64,000 nt of DNA, taken from positions 7,200 through 71,199 of the forward strand of contig NZ_DATCVQ010000709.1 of NCBI RefSeq assembly GCF_036566765.1, in the 5' to 3' direction. Positions 42,663 to 52,439 of the stretch are shown piece after piece; position 1 is the first letter of the stretch; every line of letters begins with the position of its first letter. Source of the stretch: Streptomyces sp. Its GTDB lineage: Bacteria; Actinomycetota; Actinomycetes; Streptomycetales; Streptomycetaceae. The translations under genes were made by a program, and so were the position numbers. Below the pieces are notes generated by a model, which searched no databases, was not told where the DNA came from, and saw only the letters and a list, made by a program, of their open reading frames with translations.

Positions 42663-45350
42663 CTAGCCGTCCCCGATTCCGGCGGAACGAGCCTGAGTGG
42701 CACGGCCGGTGAACTCTTGCCGTCGTACGGAGAAACCGCGCCCGGGCGGTCGTACGGAATGACCGCGCCGACGCCGGTGCAGCAGTCCGACGGCGGCCAG
42801 GGCGAGCAGCGCCGTCGCGCCGACCGCGCCGCCGAGCCGCAGCCCCGGCGGCCGGAACACGCAGGTGACGGAGTCCGCGCCGGTGCCGAGCGGGACGGCG
42901 AGCAGGCCGAGGTGGCGGGCGGCGGGGGCGGGCTCGGCGTCGTCCGCGGCGCAGCGCCAGCCGGAGATCCGCGGCGCGGCGACGACGGCGGTCCCGGTGC
43001 TGCTGGGCGGCAGTTGGGCGGTGAGCGTGTGGCCGGTGACCCGTACGTTCGTGGCGCCGGTCGTCGTCAGCGCCCGTACGGCGCGGTCCAGGCGGTCCTG
43101 GACCAGGCAGCCGACGGGCTGCCGCGGGAGAGCGGGGTCGGCGGCCTTCGCGGCCTGGAGGGCGATCCGTACGGCGCCGGAGGACGGGACGGCGCCGAGC
43201 GACTGCATCGGGCCGCGGACGGAGGGCGGCTTGCCGGCGAAGTCGACCGGCGGCCGTCCGTCGAGGGCGGCGGTGCCGGTGTACTCGGGCGCCCAGAACC
43301 ACACCTCGGAGCCCGCGGGGCAGGTGCCGGTCAGGGTGACCGCGCCCTTGCCCGTCGCCGTACGGCGCGGGTCGCCGGGCGCGGCGTACACCTCGGAACC
43401 GAGCAGCAACTCCTGGTTCACGAAGGCGGAGTCGCCGAAGCGGGCGGGTGAGTCCACCCGACCGGTCCGGACGGTGACCAGGGGCGGGGCGGGCCGCTCG
43501 ACGGTGCTGACGGTGGCTTCGGGGAGGGTGTCCTCGTCGAGCGGGGCGGTGGGCTTCGAGCGCATCCGCGCGCCGATGGAGAAGATCGCGTCGGTGACCG
43601 GGTTGTCGAGGCTGACCGGGTGCCGTCCCTTGGCGTAGTAGCCGAAGCCGAGGGCCGACAGGGTCTCCGAGTACACCTGGGAGGTCAGGCTGCTGTAGTA
43701 GTCGGCACCCTGTCCGCCGACCACCAGGACGTCGTTGCCGCCCGGGGTCTCCCCGGGGTCCGTGCGCCGGCTCGGCCAGGCGTCCGCGCGGGCGGCCGCC
43801 CGCGCGACCTCTTCGTGCCAGGGGCCGAACCGCGGGGCCCAGGACACCTTGCTCAGCTGCTCCCGCTCGATGCGCGCCCCGGTGACGGCGGCTTCGCCGG
43901 CCTGCGCGGCGACGAGCAGGGCGACGGCGAGCACGGGCAGGGCGCGGGCCACGGAGGGCCGGGACGCGAGGGGCCCCCTAGGGCCTGTCCGACCCTGATC
44001 CGCCGGACAGGCCCTGGGCGCAAGGGCGGCGCAGCCCGCGGCGAGCACCGCGAGAGCGGCGGCCGCCCCCAGCGCGGGGAAGGTCCACCGGTCGACGTCC
44101 ACGCTGTCCCGGGCGGCGAAGGCCAGTACGGCGAGCAGCACCCCACCGCCGAGCAGCGCCGGGAGCCGCGGCAGGCCCTGGGCCGTGGAGAGCCAGGCGG
44201 CGACGAGCAAGAGACCGCACAGGACGAAGGTCTGGCGGTACGGGATCCCGTTCGGCGAGGCCCCGGCGTGCCAGAGCAGATGGGTCGGCTCCCACTGGAG
44301 GGAGAGGGCCACCAGGATGATCGCCGCCGTCCAGACGATCCGGTCCCGGCGCGACACGGCCGTGTTGAACGGCAGGGTGAGCGCCAGCGCAAGCGCCGCG
44401 GTGCCGATGTACAGGGCGGGTGTCGCCACGCTGGCCGTGGCGGGCAGCAGCCGGGCGAACACCTCGGTCCATGGGACGGCCGCGAAGGAGGTCGGGGGCG
44501 TCGGGTCGGCGACCCGGGTGGCGAAGAAGACGACGGCGACGAGCGGTGCGGCAAGCCCGAGGCCGAGCAGCACGCTCCGGGACGCCCGCAGCAGCCCGGC
44601 GAGGCGGCGGCGCGTGCCGTCGTCGGCTGTGGCCAGCCGGACGATCAGGACGACGGCCGCGCCGATGGTCGCCATGTACGCGGTGTAGAAGTTCGCGATC
44701 CAGGCCAGGGCCACGACGAGCGGCCCGAGAACCGGCCTGCGCCCGGCCCGCGCCCACTCCCCGACCAGGCACAGCAGCGGGAAGGCGACGAGGCCGTCCA
44801 GCCACATCGGCACCGTGGCCCCGTAGTTGAAGGTCCAGCCGGAGAGCGCGTACGCGGCGCCGAGCACGGCGGCCACCGGCCAGGGGCCGCGCCGCAGCGT
44901 CAGCAGCAGGCACGCCATGGCGGCGCCGGCCGCGGTGATCTTGGCGGCGGTGACGACGTAGAGGGCGAGCTCGATCCGGTCGGCCGGGAAGAGCACCACC
45001 AGGAGGTCGAACGGGCTGCTCAGATACGTGCCGAAGTCGCCGAGGAAGTTCGACCCGAAGCCGGAGCTCCAGTTCACGAACAGATCCCCGTCCGCCTCCC
45101 CGTGCAGGAACCTCCGCCAGTACGCGTGGAACGGCAGGTACTGCTGCCCCAGGTCGACGATGTTGCGCGTGGTCGGCCCGAACGGATACGTCCCGGCCAA
45201 CAGCCCCGCGAGGCACAGCACGACACAGGTCAGCCCGCCGGCCGCCGCCGCGGCCCGGAGCCGTATGCGCGCCCCCTGCCGCCGCGGCGGGCCCCCGTCG
45301 TCGGCTGCGGGGACGGTCCGGTCAAACAGGGTCTGGGCGGCAGTCGGCAC
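42663..45350 (-). CDS. YfhO family membrane protein (GT-C type glycosyltransferase)
   Basis: DLGQQYLPF, WSSGFGSNF, MWLDG, NFYTAYM, YYSS; many TM helices plus an extracellular C-terminal domain. Confidence 0.85.
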   Translation of the reverse strand: MPTAAQTLFDRTVPAADDGGPPRRQGARIRLRAAAAAGGLTCVVLCLAGLLAGTYPFGPTTRNIVDLGQQYLPFHAYWRRFLHGEADGDLFVNWSSGFGSNFLGDFGTYLSSPFDLLVVLFPADRIELALYVVTAAKITAAGAAMACLLLTLRRGPWPVAAVLGAAYALSGWTFNYGATVPMWLDGLVAFPLLCLVGEWARAGRRPVLGPLVVALAWIANFYTAYMATIGAAVVLIVRLATADDGTRRRLAGLLRASRSVLLGLGLAAPLVAVVFFATRVADPTPPTSFAAVPWTEVFARLLPATASVATPALYIGTAALALALTLPFNTAVSRRDRIVWTAAIILVALSLQWEPTHLLWHAGASPNGIPYRQTFVLCGLLLVAAWLSTAQGLPRLPALLGGGVLLAVLAFAARDSVDVDRWTFPALGAAAALAVLAAGCAALAPRACPADQGRTGPRGPLASRPSVARALPVLAVALLVAAQAGEAAVTGARIEREQLSKVSWAPRFGPWHEEVARAAARADAWPSRRTDPGETPGGNDVLVVGGQGADYYSSLTSQVYSETLSALGFGYYAKGRHPVSLDNPVTDAIFSIGARMRSKPTAPLDEDTLPEATVSTVERPAPPLVTVRTGRVDSPARFGDSAFVNQELLLGSEVYAAPGDPRRTATGKGAVTLTGTCPAGSEVWFWAPEYTGTAALDGRPPVDFAGKPPSVRGPMQSLGAVPSSGAVRIALQAAKAADPALPRQPVGCLVQDRLDRAVRALTTTGATNVRVTGHTLTAQLPPSSTGTAVVAAPRISGWRCAADDAEPAPAARHLGLLAVPLGTGADSVTCVFRPPGLRLGGAVGATALLALAAVGLLHRRRRGHSVRPPGRGFSVRRQEFTGRATQARSAGIGDG
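43979..44016. repeat. REP-like palindrome inside the yfhO CDS
   Basis: AGGGCCTGTCCG-N12-CGGACAGGCCCT; the 20-mer TGATCCGCCGGACAGGCCCT also occurs at 59881-59900. Confidence 0.75.
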
Positions 45351-45498
45351 CCGGCCATTACCCCCGGGCCGGGCGACCCGCGCCCGATCACCAGGCGAGG
45401 TCCGGGCGCACCGAAGATGAACTCCGGGTGCGTCGCAGCGGCCTCGGTGGCCTCAGCGGCCTCTGCGGTCGATGTGCTGCGCGACCGGCCGTGTCGGG

Positions 45499-46128
45499 TC
45501 AGCTTCGCCTTCTGCCGATGGCGTAGGCGAGGCCCCAGGCCGCTGCCGCGGCGACCACGAGGCCCAACAGGGAGAGCAATTCCGTACCGCTCTGGCTGCC
45601 CCACCACGCCTTGGCCGGGAAGAAGGGGTCGGCTGTCAACATGTCGCCGACGAAGGCGGGCGTTTCGCGCTCGGCGATCACGAGCGGAATCGCGTTGGTG
45701 TAGCCGAAGAAGGCGCCGAGCGGGGCGACGATCGCCGCGGCGATCCGGGCGCCGTTGCTGCTGCGGCCCACCAGGCCGACCAGGGCGCCGACAGTCACTC
45801 CGTTGAGCAGGGCATGGAGTATGTAAAGGGTGTGCGACTGGCTCTCCGACTGGTCCTTGTACGTGGCCAGGGTGATGCCGGTGTAGAGCAGAGAGACGAC
45901 GAACGAGGCGAGAAGCCCGAGAAAGACCGCCCCGACCGGGTGGCCGGGCTTCGGCCGCTGTCCGGCGGGCGCGGGGTGGGGGTACGGCTGGCCGGGTTGC
46001 TGCATCGGCCAACCCGGCTGGCCCGGCGCCTGCCCCGGCATGGGCGGCGGGGCGCCGTACCCCAAGGGCTGCTGGGATGCGGCGGGTTGGTTGTACGGGT
46101 TGTGCTGCGGCGGCTGATGCTGGCTCAT
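45499..46128 (-). CDS. Hypothetical membrane protein with Pro/Gln-rich N-terminus
   Basis: MSQHQPPQHNPYNQP... followed by four hydrophobic segments. Confidence 0.7.
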   Translation of the reverse strand: MSQHQPPQHNPYNQPAASQQPLGYGAPPPMPGQAPGQPGWPMQQPGQPYPHPAPAGQRPKPGHPVGAVFLGLLASFVVSLLYTGITLATYKDQSESQSHTLYILHALLNGVTVGALVGLVGRSSNGARIAAAIVAPLGAFFGYTNAIPLVIAERETPAFVGDMLTADPFFPAKAWWGSQSGTELLSLLGLVVAAAAAWGLAYAIGRRRS

Positions 46129-46199
46129 GATCCCTCGCTGAACGAAGAAGGCAGGGGGAAGCAAGCTATCAACCAGGTCAGCAAGGCCGAGGAGGGCGG

Positions 46200-46850
46200 T
46201 CAGGCGTGGCTGACCGGAAGGACGTCCGGCGAGAGGGCGCTCGCGTGGGCCGAGGCCGAAGTCATCCGCTTGCGGTGGTGGCGGCGGCAGAGGACCTCGT
46301 AGCCGATCTCCTCCGCCGGGCGGTTGACGTCGCCGACCACGACCTGGGCGCCTTCCACGACCATTTCGCCGCCCACCGTACGGGCGTTGTGCGTGGCGCG
46401 GGCGCCGCACCAGCACAGGGCCTCGACCTGGAGCTGTTCCAGGCGGTCCGCCAGCTCGATCAACCGCTGCGAGCCCGGGAAGAGTTTGGTGCGGAAATCC
46501 GTGGTGATGCCGAAGGCGAAGACGTCGAGGCCGAGGTCGTCCACGATCCGGGCCAGCTGGTCGATCTGGGCAGGGGCCAGGAACTGCGCCTCGTCCACGA
46601 TCACGTAGTCCGCCTTGCCGCCCTTGGACAGCTGCTCGACCAGGTACGCGTACAGGTCCATGCCCTCCGGCGCCTCGACCGCCTCCGTCACCAGGCCCAG
46701 GCGGGAGGACAGCTTGCCCTCCCCCGCCCGGTCGTCACGGGTGAAGATCACGCCCTGGAGCCCCCGCGCATCGCGGTTGTGGGCGATCTGGAGAGCCAGA
46801 GTGCTCTTTCCGCAGTCCATCGTTCCGGAGAAGAACACCAATTCGGACAT
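46200..46850 (-). CDS. tdk: Thymidine kinase
   Basis: FFSGTMDCGKST, IVDEAQFL, TDFR..LFPGS, CWCG...LCRRH. Confidence 0.92.
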   Translation of the reverse strand: MSELVFFSGTMDCGKSTLALQIAHNRDARGLQGVIFTRDDRAGEGKLSSRLGLVTEAVEAPEGMDLYAYLVEQLSKGGKADYVIVDEAQFLAPAQIDQLARIVDDLGLDVFAFGITTDFRTKLFPGSQRLIELADRLEQLQVEALCWCGARATHNARTVGGEMVVEGAQVVVGDVNRPAEEIGYEVLCRRHHRKRMTSASAHASALSPDVLPVSHA

Positions 46851-46920
46851 GGGGAGGTGACGGCCTTTCAGGTCTCGGGCAGCGCGGTGGAGGCGCTCCG
46901 CGGCGGGGTGGGGCGGACGC

Positions 46921-48132
46921 TCAGGAGCGGACTTCGAGGAGGGGGACGAGCTGCTCGGCCGGGGTCATCGAGCCGTGCATCCCGACCATGGCCGACTCGT
47001 TCGGCTCGTTGACGGAGGCGGTGATCACGACGTCGTCGTGGGCGGCCGCGACCACGTCGCCGATCCTGCCGAGCACGCGCTCGTCGCAGCTGCCGGGCGG
47101 ACCGAACCAGCCCGCGGCCAGCGCCTCCTCCCGGCTCGCCACCCAGAACTGCTCGCCGAGCACCTCGCGCCAGCAGGTCAGTACGTCGGCCTCGGCGCCC
47201 GGTACCGCGTAGACGTGGCGGGCCCGGCCCTCGCCGCCCAGCAGGGCGACTCCGGCGCGCAGCTCCCAGTCCTCGTCGAAGTCGATGCGGTGCTGCTCGT
47301 CGAAGGGGATGTCGACCATGCCGTGGTCGGCGGTGACGTACAGCGCGGAACGCGGCGGGAGCTGCTCGGCGAGCCGCTGCACGAGCCGGTCGACGAACAT
47401 CAGCTGGCCGCGCCAGGCGTCGGAGTCCACGCCGAAGCGATGCCCGGCGCCGTCGAGTTCGCTGTAGTACGTGTAGACCAGCGAGCGGTCGCCGGCGGCG
47501 AGCTGCTCGGCGGCGGTGTCCATGCGCTCCTCGCCGGAGAGCCGTCCGAAAAACGTTCCGCCGCTCAGCGCGACCTTGGTGAGCGGGGTGTCCTGGAAGG
47601 CCGGTGCGGAGACCTGCGCGGTGCGCACGCCGGCCTCGTGGGCGAGCTGGAAGACGGTCGGGTACGGCTGCCAGACACGCGGCGAGGTCCACGGCTTCCA
47701 GCGGAGCTGGTTCATCAGCTCGCCGGTCTCGGGGTTGCGGACGGTGTAGCCGGGCAGGCCGTGCGCCGCGGGGACCTGTCCGGTGCCGACCGAGGCGAGC
47801 GAGGTCGCGGTGGTCGCGGGGAAGCCGGCCGTGACCGGGCGGCCGGTGCCGCCACGCGAGCTGCCGAGCAGCGAGGTCAGGTACGGGGCCTCGTCGGGAT
47901 GCGCCTTGATCTGCTCCCAGCCGAGGCCGTCGATCAGAAAGACACAGGTGCGGTCCGCCGGGGCGAGTTCGGCGATGCGCGGCTCGAACCCGGGCACGCC
48001 CTGGCCGGCGACGAGCGTGGGCAGCAGGTCGGCGAGGGAGCCGGTGCCGTACTCGGGCACGGGTGCGGTGTCGAGCGCGAGGGGCGCGGGCTCGTCGGGC
48101 CAGCCGGAGGCGACCGTCGTCGGCTGGACCAT
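46921..48132 (-). CDS. Alkaline phosphatase superfamily (nucleotide pyrophosphatase/phosphodiesterase) protein
   Basis: FLIDGLG, FPATTATSL, LDGAGH, TADHG, GMHGS. Confidence 0.88.
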   Translation of the reverse strand: MVQPTTVASGWPDEPAPLALDTAPVPEYGTGSLADLLPTLVAGQGVPGFEPRIAELAPADRTCVFLIDGLGWEQIKAHPDEAPYLTSLLGSSRGGTGRPVTAGFPATTATSLASVGTGQVPAAHGLPGYTVRNPETGELMNQLRWKPWTSPRVWQPYPTVFQLAHEAGVRTAQVSAPAFQDTPLTKVALSGGTFFGRLSGEERMDTAAEQLAAGDRSLVYTYYSELDGAGHRFGVDSDAWRGQLMFVDRLVQRLAEQLPPRSALYVTADHGMVDIPFDEQHRIDFDEDWELRAGVALLGGEGRARHVYAVPGAEADVLTCWREVLGEQFWVASREEALAAGWFGPPGSCDERVLGRIGDVVAAAHDDVVITASVNEPNESAMVGMHGSMTPAEQLVPLLEVRS

Positions 48133-48716
48133 CAGCGGGTCGCCGCGGTGGCTTCGGACAGCGACTGCGCGAACGCGAGCGTCTGAGCCACGGTGTCCGG
48201 GCCGTCGCCGGCCTCGCTGACCCGCAGGCTCAGGTCGTCGGCGGTGGCGTTGCCGGTGTAGCCGTGGTCGGCGTCGCAGTTCGGGTCGCCGCAGGCGGCG
48301 GGCTCCAGGTCGATCCGGGAGACGGCGCCCCAGCCGATGGTCAGGACGACCTCGCGGGGCAGGCTGCCGGGCTTGTACGACTCGGGGTTCGCGACGACGC
48401 GGCTGACCACGACCGACGCGATCCGGTCCAGCTTGACGGACTCGGTGGAGGTGGTGGCGTACGGCGTCGGCGAGCTGGTGTCGGCGGCCTGCTCGTCGGT
48501 GTGGCTCACGATGAAACGGTTGGCCGTCAGGACGAGGACCGTGACATGGCGGCGGACCTCGTTCGCGTCGAAGGTGGTCTCCTGGTGCACCACGTACGAC
48601 GCGATCGCCTCGCCGCCGACGGCGGCCTCCACCGCCTCGGCCACGAGGGCCGGGTAATAGCCGCTGCGCTCGATCGCCGCGCGCAGCCCCTGGGTCGTCG
48701 TACCGGTCTTCGCCAT
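48132..48716 (-). CDS. DUF5998 family protein
   Basis: IERSGYYP, HQETTFD, GWGAVSRIDLEPAACGDPNCDADHGYTG. Confidence 0.85.
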   Translation of the reverse strand: MAKTGTTTQGLRAAIERSGYYPALVAEAVEAAVGGEAIASYVVHQETTFDANEVRRHVTVLVLTANRFIVSHTDEQAADTSSPTPYATTSTESVKLDRIASVVVSRVVANPESYKPGSLPREVVLTIGWGAVSRIDLEPAACGDPNCDADHGYTGNATADDLSLRVSEAGDGPDTVAQTLAFAQSLSEATAATR

Positions 48717-48794
48717 GGACTCCATCCTAATCCGTCGCAAGGGGCGATTCGGCGGCCTCGGAGCGGGCCGGCCGATGCGCCCGCGGGCGGGGCG

Positions 48795-51698
48795 TCAGTA
48801 GCTCGGGAGGGTGCGCGGGCCGAGGTCGGTGCGGGCGGGGGGCGGGGCGAGGCGGACGGTCGCGCCGAGGACACAGACGCCGCGCGATGCGACGACGACG
48901 GGTTCGAGGGAGACCGCGACGACCTCGGGGTGCTCGTCGACCAGCCGGGACAGGCGCAGCAGCAGCTCCTCCAGGGCCGGGGTGTCGACGGGGGCCGAGC
49001 CGCGCCAGCCGAACAGGAGCGGGGCGGTCCGGATGGACCGTACGAGCTCGGCGGCGTCGCGGTCGGTCGCCGGGACGAGCCGGTGGGAGGTGTCGCCGAG
49101 CAGTTCGGAGGCGGCGCCGGCGAGTCCGAAGGAGAGCACGGCGCCGACGGCCGGGTCGATGGCGGCGCGGACGACGGTGTCGACGCCGCGCGGCACCATC
49201 GCCTGCACGACGGGCTGCAGTTCCTCCGGCTTGCCGAGCACGTCGGTGAGCTCGGCGTACGCGGCCCTCAGCTGGTCCTCGGCAGCCAGGTCGAGCCGTA
49301 CCCCGCCGAGGTCGGGGCGGTGCCGCAGATGCGGGGCGGTCGTCTTGAGGGCGACGGGGTAGCCCAGCCGGGCCGCGGCGGCGACGGCGGCGTCCGGGGT
49401 GGGCGCGGGCAGGGTGGGCCGCACCTCGATCCCGTACCGCCCGAGCAGCTCGGTCACCTCGTCCACGCCGAGGGTCACGCCCTTCTCGTCCACGTCGTCG
49501 CCGAGCACCCGCTCGATGAGCGCGGCGGCCCCGCCCTCGTCGATGTCCTCGTACTCCGGCACCCGGCCCGGCTCCGCGGCCTGCCGCCGCCACTGCGCGT
49601 ACCGCACCGCCTCCGCCAGCGCCCGCACGGCCCGCTCGGCGGCGGGGTAGGCGGGGATGTTGCCGGGGGTGGGGGGTTCGGTGGGGGTGGGGGTGGCAGG
49701 GGGAGCGGAGGTCGGTCCGGTGGGTGGGGGGCCTGCCGGTACGGACCCGGCCCGCCCGGCTTCCGCGGCCGCACCGGCCTCCGGCTCCGCCGGGCGCGCC
49801 TGGGTACGGGACGCCGCGCCCGGGGCCGTGCTCGTCGCCGCTGACAGGGCCTCCGCCAGGGCGCCCATCTCCACGTGGACGACGACGACCGGCTTCGCCG
49901 GGGCGGCGGCCGTGGCCACGGCGGTGCGCAGGGCGGCGGCCAGGACCTCGCCCTCGCCGGACTCGGTGTCCCCGTTCTCCCCGACCCAGGGGATCGCCGT
50001 GACCACCACCGCGTCGGACAGCGGGTCCGCGAGCGCCTTGCCCAGCGCGACCCGGAAGTCGTCCGGCGTCGCCGACGTCGTCAGGTCCAGCGGCCGGAGC
50101 GGACGCAGGCCCTCCGTCAGGCACGCGTCGTACGTGAGCAGCCCGAGGGACTCGGAGTTCCCCAGGATGGCCACCCGCGGCCCGACCGGCAGCGGCTGGC
50201 CCGCGAGCAGCAGCCCCGCGTCCACCATCTCGGTCACCGTGTCGACCCGGATCACGCCGGCCTGCCGCAGCAGCGCGGAGACCGTCGCGTGCGGGATCCG
50301 GGTGGCCGGCACCCGGTGCCCGAGCGGCGCGCTTCCGGTGTGCCGCGCGCCCTTGACCACCACGACCGGCTTGACCGCCGCCGTCCGCCGGGCAAGGCGG
50401 GTGAACTTCCGCGGGTTCCCCATCGACTCCAGGTACAGCAGGACGACGTCCGTCTCGGGGTCGTCGTACCAGTGCTGGAGGAAGTCGTTGCCGGACACGT
50501 CTGCTCGGTTGCCGGCCGAGATGAACGAGGAGAGCCCCGCGCCGCGCCGGTGCAGACCGGCCAGCAGCGCGATGCCGATCGCGCCGGACTGGGTGAACAG
50601 CCCGATCCGCCCCGCCGCCGGCGGTTGCGGCGCGAGCGAGGCGTTCAGCCGGACGTCCGCCGCGGTGTTGATGATCCCGAACGCGTTCGGCCCGATGATC
50701 CGCATCCCGTACGAGCGGGCCTGCCGCACCAGTTCGCGCTGCCGCCGCCCGCCCTCCGCGTCGCCGCTCTCCGCGTACCCCGCGGAGAGCACGACGAGGC
50801 CCTGCACCCCGTGCTCGCCGCAGTCGGCGACGGCCTCCGGCACCCGCTCGGCGGGGACGGCGACGACCGCCAGGTCCACCGGCTCGCCGATGTCGCCGAC
50901 CGACCGGAACGCGGGCACGCCCTCCAGCTCGGCCCGGCCACCCTCCGGCAGCGCGTTGTTGACCGCGTACACCGGCCCGGTGAAGCCCGCGTCGAGCAGG
51001 TTCCGCAGCACCGCGCGGCCGACCCCACCGGGCGTGCGGCCCACGCCGATCACCGCGACCGAGCCGGGGGCGAGCAGCCGCTGCACGGAACGCGCCTCGG
51101 CGCGCTGCTCCCGGGCGCGCTGCACGGCGAGCGAGCGGTCGGTGGGCTCCAGGTCGAGATGGAGCCGGACCGACCCGTCCTCGAAGCTCCGCTTCTGCGT
51201 GTAGCCGGCGTCCGTGAAGACCTTGATCATCTTGTTGTTGGCCGGCAGCACTTCCGCCGCGAACCGCCGGATGTCCCGCTCCCGCGCCACCGCCGCGATG
51301 TGTTCGAGCAGTGCGGACGCGACGCCGCGCCCCTGGTGGGCGTCCTGCACCAGGAAGGCGACCTCGGCCTCGTCGGCGGGCGCGGGGGCCGGCCGCCCGT
51401 CGTCGTCGATGCGGTCGTACCGGACCGTGGCGATGAACTCCCCGCCGACGGTGGCCGCGAGCCCGACCCGGTCCACGTAGTCGTGATGGGTGAAGCGGTG
51501 GACGTCCTTGGCGGAGAGCCGCGGGTACGGCGCGAAGAAGCGGTAGTACTTCGACTCGTCCGACACCTGCTCGTAGAAGCTGACCAGCCGGTCGGCGTCG
51601 TCGACGGTGATCGGCCTGATCCGCGCGGTGCCGCCGTCGCGCAGCACGACGTCGGCCTCCCAGTGGTCGGGGTACGCGTGTTCCGACGACGTCTGCAT
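48795..51698 (-). CDS. patA: GNAT + NDP-forming acyl-CoA synthetase-like protein lysine acetyltransferase (PatA type)
   Basis: N-terminal GNAT (HQGRGVAS), CoA-binding domain (IIGPNAFG, TQSGAIG), Pro-rich linker, ATP-grasp-like C-terminus. Confidence 0.78.
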   Translation of the reverse strand: MQTSSEHAYPDHWEADVVLRDGGTARIRPITVDDADRLVSFYEQVSDESKYYRFFAPYPRLSAKDVHRFTHHDYVDRVGLAATVGGEFIATVRYDRIDDDGRPAPAPADEAEVAFLVQDAHQGRGVASALLEHIAAVARERDIRRFAAEVLPANNKMIKVFTDAGYTQKRSFEDGSVRLHLDLEPTDRSLAVQRAREQRAEARSVQRLLAPGSVAVIGVGRTPGGVGRAVLRNLLDAGFTGPVYAVNNALPEGGRAELEGVPAFRSVGDIGEPVDLAVVAVPAERVPEAVADCGEHGVQGLVVLSAGYAESGDAEGGRRQRELVRQARSYGMRIIGPNAFGIINTAADVRLNASLAPQPPAAGRIGLFTQSGAIGIALLAGLHRRGAGLSSFISAGNRADVSGNDFLQHWYDDPETDVVLLYLESMGNPRKFTRLARRTAAVKPVVVVKGARHTGSAPLGHRVPATRIPHATVSALLRQAGVIRVDTVTEMVDAGLLLAGQPLPVGPRVAILGNSESLGLLTYDACLTEGLRPLRPLDLTTSATPDDFRVALGKALADPLSDAVVVTAIPWVGENGDTESGEGEVLAAALRTAVATAAAPAKPVVVVHVEMGALAEALSAATSTAPGAASRTQARPAEPEAGAAAEAGRAGSVPAGPPPTGPTSAPPATPTPTEPPTPGNIPAYPAAERAVRALAEAVRYAQWRRQAAEPGRVPEYEDIDEGGAAALIERVLGDDVDEKGVTLGVDEVTELLGRYGIEVRPTLPAPTPDAAVAAAARLGYPVALKTTAPHLRHRPDLGGVRLDLAAEDQLRAAYAELTDVLGKPEELQPVVQAMVPRGVDTVVRAAIDPAVGAVLSFGLAGAASELLGDTSHRLVPATDRDAAELVRSIRTAPLLFGWRGSAPVDTPALEELLLRLSRLVDEHPEVVAVSLEPVVVASRGVCVLGATVRLAPPPARTDLGPRTLPSY

Positions 51699-51874
51699 GT
51701 CGCAAAGCCTACGGCCGGGACACGGCGCGAGCACCGGTCGCGCACCCGGTCGGCCGCGGGCAGGGTAGGGAGGACCGGAGGGCCCGGCGACACGGGGACG
51801 AGGGTCGGCACGAGCACCTCGCGAGCCGTGAGAGACTGGTCTAGACAACTCCCTGAGACTCGAAGGGCAACACC

Positions 51875-52156
51875 ATGGCAGAGCGCCGAGTCAACGTCGG
51901 CTGGGCCGAGGGCCTGCACGCCCGCCCCGCCTCCATCTTCGTCCGCGCCACAACGGCCTCCGGCGTTCCGGTGACGATCGCCAAGGCCGACGGCAACCCG
52001 GTCAACGCCGCCTCGATGCTCGCGGTCCTCGGCCTGGGCGCGCAGGGCGGCGAGGAGATCGTGCTCGCGTCGGACGCGGACGGCGCCGAGGTCGCCCTGG
52101 ACCGCCTGGCGAAGCTGGTCGCCGAGGGCCTCGACGAGCTGCCCGAGACCGTCTGA
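51875..52156 (+). CDS. ptsH: Phosphocarrier protein HPr
   Basis: GLHARPA (His15), NAASML (Ser46). Confidence 0.95.
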   Translation: MAERRVNVGWAEGLHARPASIFVRATTASGVPVTIAKADGNPVNAASMLAVLGLGAQGGEEIVLASDADGAEVALDRLAKLVAEGLDELPETV

Positions 52157-52278
52157 GTCACCTCGGGCCCGGCGCCCGAGACCGTCTGATTCACCTCGGG
52201 CCCGCGCCCGAGACCGTCTGATCACCTCGGGCCCGCGCCCGACACCGTCTGATCACCTCGGGCCCGCGCCCGACATCG
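52141..52278 (+). repeat. 31-33 bp tandem repeat (about 4.3 copies) starting in the ptsH 3' end
   Basis: GCCCGAGACCGTCTGA(G/T)TCACCTCGGGCCC(G)GC units of 33, 32, 31 and 31 bp plus a partial; no spacers. Confidence 0.9.
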
Positions 52279-52280
52279 AG

Positions 52281-52317
52281 AGCCGCCCCGCCGTGGAATT
52301 CCGGCGGGGCGGCTCTC
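52281..52317. terminator. Hairpin terminator after ptsH
   Basis: AGAGCCGCCCCGCCG-tggaattc-CGGCGGGGCGGCTCT. Confidence 0.75.
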
Positions 52318-52439
52318 GTATTCCGGGAAGAGCGAATTCATCCCTGCAGGCGTTCAGGCGCCACAATCGGGCAGCACGAATTCAGGCCGACGGAAATTCC
52401 GCCGTCCCGAATACCACGTCTTTGTATACAGCCCGCCTG

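Noticed and set aside
52141-52278. CRISPR array
   Set aside because: Units are directly adjacent with no unique spacers, and no cas genes are in the window.
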